From Candidatus Babeliales bacterium (GTDB taxonomy: Bacteria; Babelota; Babeliae; Babelales; JANWKD01), in NCBI GenBank assembly GCA_963762115.1, contig CAVXJH010000007.1, positions 64,001 through 128,000 of the forward strand: a stretch of DNA of 64,000 nucleotides, in the 5' to 3' direction. Both the position numbers and the translations under genes were made by a program. This document shows positions 10,643 through 20,726 of the stretch, one piece after another (within the stretch, counting starts at the first letter, position 1; each line of letters begins with the position of its first letter). The notes beneath the pieces are model-generated. The model was not told where the DNA came from, ran no database searches, and saw only the letters and a program-made list of their open reading frames with translations.

Positions 10643-12709
10643 CTATTTTTTCTCGAGAATTTTCTCTTGTGCATTCTTTGGCACTTCTCGATAACATTCA
10701 AATTCCATAGAATAACTCGCTCGCCCTTTAGTCTGAGAACGTAACGTTGTTGCATAGCCAAGCATTTCTCCCAGAGGAACTTCTGCATGAATATTTTGCA
10801 TGCCATTCTTTGCATCCATTCCCAAGATTCTTCCTCTTCGAGAATTCAAGTCACCCATCACATCGCCCATGTATTCATCAGGCGTTTCAACTTCAACTTT
10901 CATAATCAGGCTCAAGAAGAACTGGTGAAGCTTTAGCCATACCAGCCTTAAATGCCATTGAAGCAGCAATTTTAAAAGCAAGTTCAGATGAATCGACATC
11001 ATGATATGAACCGTCCGTTAAAGTACACCTTAATATCAACAACGGGATAACCACCTAAAATACCTGCATTGATAGCCTCAAGAAGACCCTTTTCAACTGC
11101 CGGAATATATTCTCGAGGAATTGTACCACCAACAACCTTATCTTCAAAGATAAATCCTTTGCCACGCTCTAAAGGCGTCAAGGTTAACCAAACATGGCCA
11201 TACTGACCTTTTCCACCAGATTGTTTGATATACTTACCTTCAGACTCAACAGGCTTTTGAATTGTTTCTTTATAAGCAACTTGCAATTTACCTTGGGCAA
11301 CTTCGACTTTGTGTTCACGCTTTAAACGATCAACAACAATTTCTAAGATGCAACTCACCCATACCACTAATAACTGTTTGAGCAGTTTCTTGGTCATAAG
11401 AAAATTTAAATGAAGGATCTTCTTGCATCATCTTTCTTAAAGAAAGAACCATTTTTTCATGATCAGCCTTGTTTTTTGGCTCAACAGAAGTAGAAATAAC
11501 TGGAGGCGGAACATCAATTGATTCAAGCAAAATAGGATGCCCTTCAGCAGCCAATGTATTACCCGTTGTAACATCTTTAATACCAACAACCGCCGCAATA
11601 TCACCAGCACCAACCGATTGAATTTCTTCTCTCTGATTAGCATGCATTTTTACCAAACGACTCACGCGTTCTTTATTACCCGTGCTCACGTTAAGCACAT
11701 ATGAACCCGCTTTTAATAAGCCAGAATACACGCGAATAAACGTAAGAACGCCAACAAATGGATCCGATATGATCTTAAAAGCCAAAGCGCTAAATGGCTC
11801 ACTATCATCAGATTTTCTTGTTTCTTCTTGATTTGTATTTGGGTTTATACCAGTTACTGGCGGAATATCTAAGGGAGATGGCAAATAATCAACAACGCCA
11901 TCAAGCATTAATTGAACGCCCTTGTTTTTAAACGCAGATCCGGCAAAGGCCAAAGCAATTTCACGCTTCAAAGTACCCTTACGCAAAGCCGACTTAACTT
12001 CCGCAATAGAAATTTCTTCTTCATTCAAAAACTTCTCAGCAAGCGCGTCATCAAAATCACACGCTTTTTCAATAAGATGATTTCTTAAAGCCTCTACGCG
12101 CTCTTTATATTCTTCTGGAACAGGTTGCCAATTAACTTCAAGAACTTGATCGCCGGTAAAAACAGCCATTCTTCGCGTCAGCAAATCAACTATTGCTGAA
12201 AAGTTTTCAGACTCACCGATTGGCATTTGAACAGCAACAGCATTCACACGCAAACGATCGTTAATATGATCAATAACTCTAAAATAATCGCCACCAGTGC
12301 GATCTAATTTGTTAATAAAAATAATTCTTGGAACACCATAACGATTAGCTTGTCGCCACACCGTTTCTGATTGAGGCTGAACGCCCGCAACGCCACAAAA
12401 AACACCGACCATACCATCAAGCACACGCAGTGACCGTCCAACTTCAATGCCAAAGTCAATATGCCCAGGAGTGTCAATAATGTTAATATTATAGCCATTC
12501 CATTCACAGGTGGTTGCCGCAGATTGTATAGTAATACCACGTTCACGCTCTTGCTCCATAAAGTCCATGGTCGCTTGACCTTCGTGAACTTCACCAAGCT
12601 TATGCGTGATTCCTGTATAAAATAAAATTCTTTCAGTAACCGTTGTTTTGCCAGCATCAATATGAGCAGCAATACCTATATTTCTGTATTTTTCAAGATT
12701 AGAACTCAT
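10643..12709 (-). CDS. fusA: Elongation factor G (three apparent +1 frameshifts near 11344, 11030, 10908)
   Basis: [68 protein letters not shown]. Confidence 0.95.
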
Positions 12710-12727
12710 AAGCAATTACCCCTACCA

Positions 12728-13210
12728 CTACCATGCATAATGAGAGAATGCTCTGTTAGCTTCTGCCATTCTATGAACGTCAATCTTCTTTTTTATTGCA
12801 TTACCACGACCATCATAAGCTTCAATTAACTCTTCAGCTAATTTTTTGCCCATGGTATCACCGGAACGTGATTTAGCTGCACCAAGCAACCAACGAATAG
12901 CTAAAGCACGCGCTCTATCTGGTCTTACTTCGGTAGGAATTTGATATACACTACCACCCACACGACGAGGCTTAACTTCCACCGCAGGAATAAGCTGATC
13001 AACAGCCTTAAAGAATACACTGAGGCCTTTGTTTTGATCGCCGCCTGCTTTTTTAATTAAAACATCAATGGCATCGTATACAATAGTACGAGCAGCATTT
13101 TTTTTACCACGCCACATAGTAACGTTGATTAACTTTTGAATTAATTCTGAGCCATAACGCTCATCAACACCAATTTCTCTTTTATAGTTAATAGCTTTAC
13201 GCCTTGACAT
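12728..13210 (-). CDS. rpsG: 30S ribosomal protein S7
   Basis: RRVGGSVYQIP, HRMAEANRAFSHY. Confidence 0.98.
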   Translation of the reverse strand: MSRRKAINYKREIGVDERYGSELIQKLINVTMWRGKKNAARTIVYDAIDVLIKKAGGDQNKGLSVFFKAVDQLIPAVEVKPRRVGGSVYQIPTEVRPDRARALAIRWLLGAAKSRSGDTMGKKLAEELIEAYDGRGNAIKKKIDVHRMAEANRAFSHYAW

Positions 13211-13596
13211 TATTTACCTTCCTTAGCTTTAGGTCTTTTTGCACCATACAATGAGCGGCTTTGTTTTCTATTTTCAACGCCAGCTGAATCTAAAGTTCCA
13301 CGTACGATATGGTATTTAACACCAGGCAAATCTTTTACTTTTCCGCCACGAACTAAAACAACAGAGTGTTCTTGTAAATTATGTCCTTCACCAGGAATAT
13401 ATGCTGTAACTTCCATACCAGTTGAAAGTTTAACACGAGCAACTTTACGAAGCGCTGAGTTTGGTTTTTTTGGTGTCATTGTCGAAACACGTATGCAAAC
13501 GCCACGTGCTTGAGGAGCACTTTTTAACGCAGGACTCTTAGATTTATATTTAACTTTTGTGCGCCCTTTATGCGCTAGCTGTGTTATTGTAGGCAT
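13210..13596 (-). CDS. rpsL: 30S ribosomal protein S12
   Basis: [27 protein letters not shown]. Confidence 0.98.
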   Translation of the reverse strand: MPTITQLAHKGRTKVKYKSKSPALKSAPQARGVCIRVSTMTPKKPNSALRKVARVKLSTGMEVTAYIPGEGHNLQEHSVVLVRGGKVKDLPGVKYHIVRGTLDSAGVENRKQSRSLYGAKRPKAKEGK

Positions 13597-13958
13597 TATA
13601 AAATTCCTAAATTAAGAATGAAATTTTTGAAAAAACACTTTTTAACGGCCTGTTACCTGAGTTTCGTTGGACGAATCATGTAGTTAAGGATAAGAATATT
13701 TTAACCTTTTTATTAATTTTTTCAAGTGGAATTGAAAACAGTATGAATAATAACTATTTTCGCCAAAAAATTATTGCATATTATCTCTTTTTTAATGAAT
13801 TTTACCAAAAACATTTTCATAAAATAAGCTCATCGCCACTTATTATAAAAATTCAAGAGACACCATAGACTTATTTTATTCTTGTTGATACCTTTATGGA
13901 GTATTATTTGTTGTTTTTAATCATCTTTGTATTCAATTACAGAATCTAAGGAGCTTTT

Positions 13959-15071
13959 ATGCCTCACATTTTTCAAACTCTCTTTTCATTAGCACAAAGT
14001 GGCATCTTTATCGTTATCGGACTTTTTGGCATAGGCTTTGTTATAGGGTTCCATGAATTCGGACATTTTATGTTTTGTAAATTATTCAAAATAGCAACTC
14101 CCTCATTTTCCATCGGCATGGGGCCGCGAATATTTACAAAAAAAATAGGCGAAACCGAATTTTCACTTTCGGCAATACCCGTCGGTGGCTATGTTGAAAT
14201 TGCAGGTAATGCAGAAATTGGTCAAGGCGAACAGAAAGAAGCACATCGCAATGATCAATATTCCTTTGCAAACAAACCTTACTACCAAAAAATGCTGGTA
14301 ATGTCTGGGGGAATCCTTTTCAACTTTATATTTGCCTATTTTGCACTTACCATGCTTTATTTGTTTGGTATGCCAAAATCACCAATTTTATATCATTTCA
14401 GCGCATCAACAACTATTGATCAAATAATGCCAAATACGCCTGCGGCACAATCAACGTTAGCTTCTCACGACACTATCATCGCCATCAATGGCACTCTCGT
14501 TAACAACGCACAAGAATTATTGAACCTTATTAAAGAATTACCCAATACAACAGCAAAATTCACTATTGAACGCAATACAACTCGACAAGACATAGACGTT
14601 GCAATTGGATCAAAAGAATGCAATAAAAATTTAATTGGCTTTTTGGGTATTGACTTTGTTATACCGCGTTATGGTTTAATCAAATCGGTGCAAAAAAGCT
14701 TTTCAGCAGTAAATCATATAGTATATCAAGTAATTTTAGCCTTCAAAGGCATGTTCACTGAAAGAAAATTTGATAATCTCGGTGGACCTTTTATGATTAT
14801 TCATCAAACAATAAAAAGCGCCGAACAAGGCTTTTCAATGCTCATTTTATTATTAGCATTCATTAGCATCAATCTAGCCATAATTAACATTTTCCCTTTA
14901 CCAATTCTCGATGGCGGACAAGCATTATATTATACCATTGAAGCAATTATGCGGCGCCCACTTTCTGAGCGCATTCGAGAATACGTTCATTATGCAACAT
15001 GGCTATGCGTACTCTTACTGGTAATTTATTTAACCATTAAAGATTTCATCAAAATATTCTGGACATGTTAA
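13959..15071 (+). CDS. rseP: RseP-like site-2 (M50) intramembrane zinc protease with PDZ domain
   Basis: HEFGH zinc motif, FSIGMGP, IPVGGYV, NIFPLPILDGG, central PDZ-like segment. Confidence 0.9.
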   Translation: MPHIFQTLFSLAQSGIFIVIGLFGIGFVIGFHEFGHFMFCKLFKIATPSFSIGMGPRIFTKKIGETEFSLSAIPVGGYVEIAGNAEIGQGEQKEAHRNDQYSFANKPYYQKMLVMSGGILFNFIFAYFALTMLYLFGMPKSPILYHFSASTTIDQIMPNTPAAQSTLASHDTIIAINGTLVNNAQELLNLIKELPNTTAKFTIERNTTRQDIDVAIGSKECNKNLIGFLGIDFVIPRYGLIKSVQKSFSAVNHIVYQVILAFKGMFTERKFDNLGGPFMIIHQTIKSAEQGFSMLILLLAFISINLAIINIFPLPILDGGQALYYTIEAIMRRPLSERIREYVHYATWLCVLLLVIYLTIKDFIKIFWTC

Positions 15072-15096
15072 TCCAGCTTTCAAGAAAATAATGAAC

Positions 15097-15133
15097 AAAA
15101 AAAAGACCTGCATTTTGAGCAGGTCTTTTTTTT
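15097..15133. terminator. Bidirectional intrinsic terminator between rseP and rplM
   Basis: A8-GACCTGC-loop-GCAGGTC-T8. Confidence 0.85.
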
Positions 15134-15148
15134 AATATACTTAATTTT

Positions 15149-15595
15149 TTAAGCAGCTTGAACAGACTTATCAGTTCCTGTTTGTGCAATATGAGGATGT
15201 TCAGGTCCTACATAAATTTTAAGCTTATCTGCCATAGCTTTACCCATTTTTGTTTTAGGGAGCATACGTTGGACAGCCAATCTAATAATTTCTGTAGGCT
15301 TTTTATCCATCATTTCTTGAGCTGTGGTAAATTTTTGTCCACCAATAAAACCAGTATAACGAACATAGTTCTTGGCTTCCATTTTGTTGCCGCTCAAAAC
15401 AATTTTCTCAGCGTTAATAACAACAACATAATCACCGGCATCAGTATGACGGGTAAATTCAGGTTTTAATTTGCCTTGCAAGGTATCAGCTATTATAGTT
15501 GCCAATCTACCTAAAATCTTGCCTTCTGCATCTAAAACTTTCCATTTAGGCTTTCTATCTTCTTTTTTCAAAAAGAACGCCTTGTTCATGTCCAT
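15149..15595 (-). CDS. rplM: 50S ribosomal protein L13
   Basis: DAEGKILGRLA, DAGDYVVVINAEK, MLPKT, HPHIAQ. Confidence 0.97.
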   Translation of the reverse strand: MDMNKAFFLKKEDRKPKWKVLDAEGKILGRLATIIADTLQGKLKPEFTRHTDAGDYVVVINAEKIVLSGNKMEAKNYVRYTGFIGGQKFTTAQEMMDKKPTEIIRLAVQRMLPKTKMGKAMADKLKIYVGPEHPHIAQTGTDKSVQAA

Positions 15596-15783
15596 AAAAA
15601 GATCCTTATATAATTTTTTCTAAGAGGAAACGTTGCTTAAAAAACGAACAGGTATTTATACTTTATAGTAAAGAAATTTTATCAACAGGTCAAATAAAAA
15701 TAGATAAGCGCCTAGGCAAGCCTTCTATTTAATTTTATACTATTAGTAATGTTATAATAACCTCATCATAAGGATAACTGTTT

Positions 15784-17400
15784 ATGCAAAATTCTTGGGT
15801 CGTGCTCATACCACCACTTCTTGTTCTTACTGCAGCTTTTGTTACTAAACGAGTATTGCTTTCACTCTGCTTGGGTATAATAACCGCTTGTTTTATCATA
15901 GCTGATCTTTCAGTGATCCATGCGGGATCCATTCTGATACAAAACTTGCAAAAACAGATATTCAATACTGACAATATATATACGTTTATCTTTCTTATTG
16001 CCTTAGGTTCTCTCATAGCATTATTAAGCCACACCGGCGGCACCACTGCCTATAGCACAATCATGGCCAAAAAAATTTCTGATGCAAAAAGTGCTGAATC
16101 AGCAAGCCTACTTTTATCATGCTTGTTGTTATTTGATGATTTTTTTAGCAGCATTACCGTTGGTTGCATTATGCGCCCACTCACCGATCGCTTTAAAATC
16201 CCCCGAGCAAAATTAGCTTTTTTAATTGATTCAATGGCAGCCCCTTTGGTTGTTCTTATTCCTGTTTCAAGTTGGATCGCCACCCTCACCATGCAACTGC
16301 ACAAATCTGGCATATCGCAAGATTTATCTGATAACCCTTTAATTCTTGCTGATCCATTTTCATTATATTTGCACATTATTCCTTATATTTTTTACTCATT
16401 TATTATTATGGCATCTGTTTTATTTATTGTACGCAAACGCATTTCTTTTGGACCCATGCACAAACAAGAAGCAATTGCACAAAAAACGGGCAATCTTTAT
16501 GGCGGTAAAAAACCATCAAAAAATATCGATAAAAATTACTGCCCTGTTGATCATGGTTCATTAATCGATTTCTTTTTACCAATTGGCTTATTATTATTCT
16601 CAGTATTTTCAGCAATTTTATATGCTGGCAAGTATCATCTTTTTGGCGGCAATCATTCATTATTAAAAGCATTAGCATCAACTGACATTTTTTTTGCGCT
16701 CTGCACCGGCACCGTATTTACGCTGATTACCAGTTTTATATTTTTTTTGATTAAGAAAAAAATGCATTTAAAAGATATTTTATCATTAATCAAAGAAGGC
16801 GTTCAACTTATGGGTCCTTCTGTTGCTATTTTATTCTTTGCTTGGACATTCAGCAGCTTGCTTATTCATGATTTAAAAAGCGGTTCTTATTTGGCTTCGC
16901 TCGTTGTTGGCAATATCATACTCCCTTTATTGCCGTGCATTTTTTTCATAGTGTCAGCAATTACTTCGATTGCAATTGGTTCATCGTGGGGCACTATTGC
17001 CGTTATGGTCCCTTTAGCAACACCAATGCTTATACAATTACTCGGCATACAAACGCCCGCAACACCCGAACAGGTATATTTATTATTGCCTTTGCTTGGT
17101 GCTGCTTTTGCTGGTGCAATTGCCGGCGATCATATTTCGCCAATTTCCAGCACAACAGTTATGTCCTCAACCAGCAGCGGTGCATATCACACTGATCATG
17201 TGTATACACAATTTATGTATGCCTTACCAGCGTTAATTGCCACCATTATTGCCTATCTTATTGCCGGCTTTCTTGCAACTTACAGTAATGCTTTAAGTTT
17301 AATCGCATTACCAATTGGCATTATTTTGTCTTTAAGCATGCTTTATATAGTGAATATAATTGCTCATAAAAATGGCTCCAAAGCCGCCAAAATTGACTAA
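15784..17400 (+). CDS. NhaC-family (Na+/H+ antiporter / amino-acid transporter) membrane protein
   Basis: About 12 hydrophobic segments; FDDF, MRPLTDRFKIPRAKLAFLIDS.AAP, GSSWGT, GDHISPISSTT.SS motifs. Confidence 0.85.
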   Translation: MQNSWVVLIPPLLVLTAAFVTKRVLLSLCLGIITACFIIADLSVIHAGSILIQNLQKQIFNTDNIYTFIFLIALGSLIALLSHTGGTTAYSTIMAKKISDAKSAESASLLLSCLLLFDDFFSSITVGCIMRPLTDRFKIPRAKLAFLIDSMAAPLVVLIPVSSWIATLTMQLHKSGISQDLSDNPLILADPFSLYLHIIPYIFYSFIIMASVLFIVRKRISFGPMHKQEAIAQKTGNLYGGKKPSKNIDKNYCPVDHGSLIDFFLPIGLLLFSVFSAILYAGKYHLFGGNHSLLKALASTDIFFALCTGTVFTLITSFIFFLIKKKMHLKDILSLIKEGVQLMGPSVAILFFAWTFSSLLIHDLKSGSYLASLVVGNIILPLLPCIFFIVSAITSIAIGSSWGTIAVMVPLATPMLIQLLGIQTPATPEQVYLLLPLLGAAFAGAIAGDHISPISSTTVMSSTSSGAYHTDHVYTQFMYALPALIATIIAYLIAGFLATYSNALSLIALPIGIILSLSMLYIVNIIAHKNGSKAAKID

Positions 17401-17462
17401 TTTTAGTGATTCTTTATGATTAATAATGTTATATTGTCTTTTTTTCTAAGCTGAGGTTTTTT

Positions 17463-17903
17463 ATGAAAAAGCTTATTTTACCTTTGTTGATCTTATCAAG
17501 TAATTTGTTTGCTGATTTTCCTGAAGTAGCTAAAGAAGCTGATACACCTTGTGCACCTGAGGCATTTGCTGCAAATTATGACGGTGAAAGCATAAAACTT
17601 ATTAATGAATGTATCCGTCACGAGAACACGAACGCTTGTAGATTATTAGAAGTGCTTACTGAATTACAACAAGTTGAAGGCAAAATGCGATCACAAGGCA
17701 TAAGTACTCGTGTTGTACCAGCACTATCAAAATGCTTAAGTACTGATCCAGGAAATGCAACACATGAATGTAAAGCAGTAAAACTAGCACTGAGATGGCA
17801 TATGCTTTATAGTGAACTTAACAACAATCAACAATTTAAGCATTTTTCTAGATATTCGTTTCAAGATGATTTATTAAAACACACCAAAAAAGCTACAAAA
17901 TAA
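17463..17903 (+). CDS. Secreted Cys-containing hypothetical protein (paralog of 18147)
   Basis: Signal peptide MKKLILPLLILSSNLFA; GAGG RBS; L.NEC....N.NAC motif. Confidence 0.75.
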   Translation: MKKLILPLLILSSNLFADFPEVAKEADTPCAPEAFAANYDGESIKLINECIRHENTNACRLLEVLTELQQVEGKMRSQGISTRVVPALSKCLSTDPGNATHECKAVKLALRWHMLYSELNNNQQFKHFSRYSFQDDLLKHTKKATK

Positions 17904-17923
17904 CTCAATCAATGAGTATTGCT

Positions 17924-17960
17924 AAATCGGGAATTAAGTAAATAATTCCCGATTTTTTTT
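17924..17960 (+). terminator. Intrinsic terminator
   Basis: AAATCGGGAATTA-loop-TAATTCCCGATTT followed by a T run. Confidence 0.85.
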
Positions 17961-18146
17961 GCACAAAAATGCCTTCTTATAAATATCTTTTTCCAATTGG
18001 AATTTTATTGTCTTTAAGCATGTTTTATATAGTGAATATAATTGCTCAAAAAAAATGATTCCAAAGCCGCCAAATTTGACTAATTTTGGCGATTCTCTAT
18101 GATTAATAATGCTATAATGTCTTTTTTTTCTAAATTGAGGTCTTTT

Positions 18147-18485
18147 ATGAAAAAGCTTATTTTACCCTTATTATTACTAGTATCTGGTAGTTTGTTTGCA
18201 GAACATACCCTTAATGATCACATTCAAAAGCATCATGCAACACCAGCTCAATGCGAAACGTGCCAAGAAACTTCGTTGTTAAAAGAATGTGTACAAGGAA
18301 ACAACAAAGCTTGCAAAACGTTGTTACTAAAAGCATACCAACGTCATTTTAATACTAACGAAGCAGTAGTACTCACTCTATTTCTTAAAGATCAAATACT
18401 AGAAAATATAAAACGAAAAAAAGCTGTCTCTGACGCCATTTCCCCAAATGAATCACTACCTACAATGGACCAATCAGACAAATAA
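18147..18485 (+). CDS. Secreted Cys-containing hypothetical protein (paralog of 17463)
   Basis: Start reassigned to MKKLILPLLLLVSGSLFA; LLKEC...NNKAC motif. Confidence 0.75.
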   Translation: MKKLILPLLLLVSGSLFAEHTLNDHIQKHHATPAQCETCQETSLLKECVQGNNKACKTLLLKAYQRHFNTNEAVVLTLFLKDQILENIKRKKAVSDAISPNESLPTMDQSDK

Positions 18486-18507
18486 TCATTCACTTATAAA
18501 ACTTGCT

Positions 18508-18545
18508 AAATCGGGAATTATTTACTTAATTCCCGATTTTTTTTT
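18508..18545 (+). terminator. Intrinsic terminator (copy of 17924-17960 with the loop inverted)
   Basis: Same stem as 17924-17960, followed by a T run. Confidence 0.85.
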
Positions 18546-18633
18546 GCACAAAAATACCTTTTTCTAATCATCTTTTTCCTATATACTTTCATCAATTGAT
18601 AATGCACAAACAAAACATTGAAAGTAAATTTTT

Positions 18634-19056
18634 ATGAACACCACAAAAAAAATAGTTATCATATTCGCTCTTCTTATTCTTCAACAAAACATACAAGCAG
18701 ATCCTGCATTGAATTCAATTGCTAATAAGCTTGAACGTGCCCTAACAGGTCCATCAAATAATGATCGACGCGTTGTTGCATTAACAGCAATTGGTGCAGG
18801 TGTTGTAATAACTGGTTTATGTTTAACAATAATTGGTGGCTATAGAGCTGCAAATGGTAAACCACAAAAAGAAGGTTCTGAAAATGAACCAATAGTTACT
18901 AATGTTGTAACTGACGGCATCGCACGCCTCAGCGGCTTTGGCACGGCACTATTAGGAATTTTATGCACTGTTGGCGGCAGTGCAACAATTGTTTTGGCTA
19001 AAGAAGCAATCTTTAGATTGCAAAGCTTAATGGATCAACATCGAATAGATTGTTAA
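18634..19056 (+). CDS. Exported protein with two Gly/Ala-rich hydrophobic segments
   Basis: Signal MNTTKKIVIIFALLILQQNIQA; hydrophobic VVALTAIGAGVVITGLCLTIIGG and LSGFGTALLGILCTVGGSATIVLA. Confidence 0.7.
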   Translation: MNTTKKIVIIFALLILQQNIQADPALNSIANKLERALTGPSNNDRRVVALTAIGAGVVITGLCLTIIGGYRAANGKPQKEGSENEPIVTNVVTDGIARLSGFGTALLGILCTVGGSATIVLAKEAIFRLQSLMDQHRIDC

Positions 19057-19060
19057 AAAT

Positions 19061-19109
19061 ACTAAAGGGCACTACAATAATTTTGACGAATTATTTAGTG
19101 CCCTTTAGT
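19061..19109. terminator. Long hairpin between convergent genes
   Basis: ACTAAAGGGCACTA...TAGTGCCCTTTAGT inverted repeat. Confidence 0.7.
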
Positions 19110-19133
19110 CTGCATTTTATTAAAATCTAATTT

Positions 19134-20438
19134 CTACTCTTCTTCAAACTGATATTTCATCATCGCTTCAATATCATCAGCCGTTTTTGGTAAATTTTCA
19201 CTCAAACAAACAACACCATCATCGATCACCCAATAATCATCTTCAATACGAATTCCAAGGGATTCTTCAGGAATATAAATGCCGGGTTCAATAGTAAAAA
19301 CATCACCTGCTGCAAGTGGTTCTGCATAACTACCAACATCATGAACATCAAGTCCTAAATAATGACCAATACCATGAATAAAATAATGACCATACCCCTT
19401 TTCATGCAAAAACTTTTTAGCCAAATGATTAAGTGATTCATCTTCATGTTCTTTATTTGAAAGCCACATGCCAGGCTTTGCAATACTTGCAATATATTCC
19501 TGTGTTTCCAAAACAAGATCATAAAGTTCGCGTTGCCGTTTAGTGAAAGCACCCGAAACAGGATACGTTCGCGTTATATCGGCACAATAATAATTAAACT
19601 GAGCGCCAATATCAACAACAACCAAATCGCCCGATTTAAGCGTTCCATTATTTGCATTATAATGCAAAACGGTCGAATTTTTACCCGAACCAACAATACT
19701 TGGAAAAGCAATCGTTCCACCTGAAGAAATAAAGGTATATTCTATGCCTGCTTGCACTTCATATTCAATCGCATTTGGTTTAATTAATCGTGCAGCTGTT
19801 TCATGAGCATCACTGGTTATATCAATTGCTTTATATAACAGCTCTAATTCATAATTTGTTTTTTTTCTTCGTAATTGAGCAACAAGATTTGCAATATCAA
19901 TGAGTGCAATTGATAGTGCCGGCAATAATTTTTCTATACGTTGTAACACAAATCGCTGATCAACATAGCCATATGATGACTCTGGATTAAAAACAAAGAG
20001 CTTTTGATCATCCCCAAGCCATTCTTGTATGGATTGTATCAAGTGAGAATATTGATTCTGAGAAAAAAATGGATGACACTGATATCCTTGGCATGGCTCA
20101 CCCAAATACTCAATACTATCAACACAAAGTTCCTGTGCCTTATGCTCTGATGGCTCAAGAGCGCCTTCAACCCATTTAGCTCGTTCTTTACCAAAATTTG
20201 GCACAAATAGAGTTACTTTGCCCGTAACAATATCAAGCGTTAATGCCGTTGCTGGCTCAGTAATACCCGTCAAATAATAAAATGATGGTTCTTGCCTGAA
20301 AGAAATCGTTTCTTGTTCAAAATTAGCAAACAAGAGAATATGCCCCTTGATACCAACATACTTATTTTTGACAAGAGTTATGAGTGCATTACGACGCTCT
20401 TTGAATACTGAAAAATTATGTTCATATAGTAATGGCAT
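19134..20438 (-). CDS. pepP: Xaa-Pro aminopeptidase (M24B)
   Basis: FRQEPSFYYLTG, LHY, DIG..YCADITRT.P, HGIGHYLGLDVHD, TIEPGIY, GIRIEDD. Confidence 0.93.
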   Translation of the reverse strand: MPLLYEHNFSVFKERRNALITLVKNKYVGIKGHILLFANFEQETISFRQEPSFYYLTGITEPATALTLDIVTGKVTLFVPNFGKERAKWVEGALEPSEHKAQELCVDSIEYLGEPCQGYQCHPFFSQNQYSHLIQSIQEWLGDDQKLFVFNPESSYGYVDQRFVLQRIEKLLPALSIALIDIANLVAQLRRKKTNYELELLYKAIDITSDAHETAARLIKPNAIEYEVQAGIEYTFISSGGTIAFPSIVGSGKNSTVLHYNANNGTLKSGDLVVVDIGAQFNYYCADITRTYPVSGAFTKRQRELYDLVLETQEYIASIAKPGMWLSNKEHEDESLNHLAKKFLHEKGYGHYFIHGIGHYLGLDVHDVGSYAEPLAAGDVFTIEPGIYIPEESLGIRIEDDYWVIDDGVVCLSENLPKTADDIEAMMKYQFEEE

Positions 20439-20726
20439 GAAAAACCCCTTTAGAAACCAAGAAATTATTTTTATCCAAAAGTATCCCAGCTAAAACGTAT
20501 TTTTGCAAATAAATTCATTTTTATTTAAAAAAGCAACTTTTTCCCTCTAAACAAAACTCTTGCTTTTTTAATTCCTATTTTAGTATTCTTATAGTAGGAA
20601 GCACCTTGCCAAAACAGTATATTTTATTGTACACAATGCAATTTGAATCTTAATAAATACATAGAATTCAAATAAAAAAGAGAAAAAAATCTAACTAACT
20701 CAACCTAGAAATCGAGAGGAAGCACC

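Larger units (their letters stand above)
17311..18579 (+). repeat. Diverged tandem duplication: units 17311-17992 and 17993-~18579 (NhaC 3' end + promoter + secreted-protein gene + terminator)
   Basis: 17311-17512 and 17993-18199 align visibly; terminator regions 17919-17994 and 18503-18579 also align. Confidence 0.9.

Noticed and set aside
8447..12709. Programmed frameshifting, RNA editing or pseudogenisation of rplC, tuf and fusA
   Set aside because: All lesions are single extra bases in a shared sequence context, clustered in two patches, with no slippery heptamers, in-frame stops or other decay. A sequencing artefact is far more likely.
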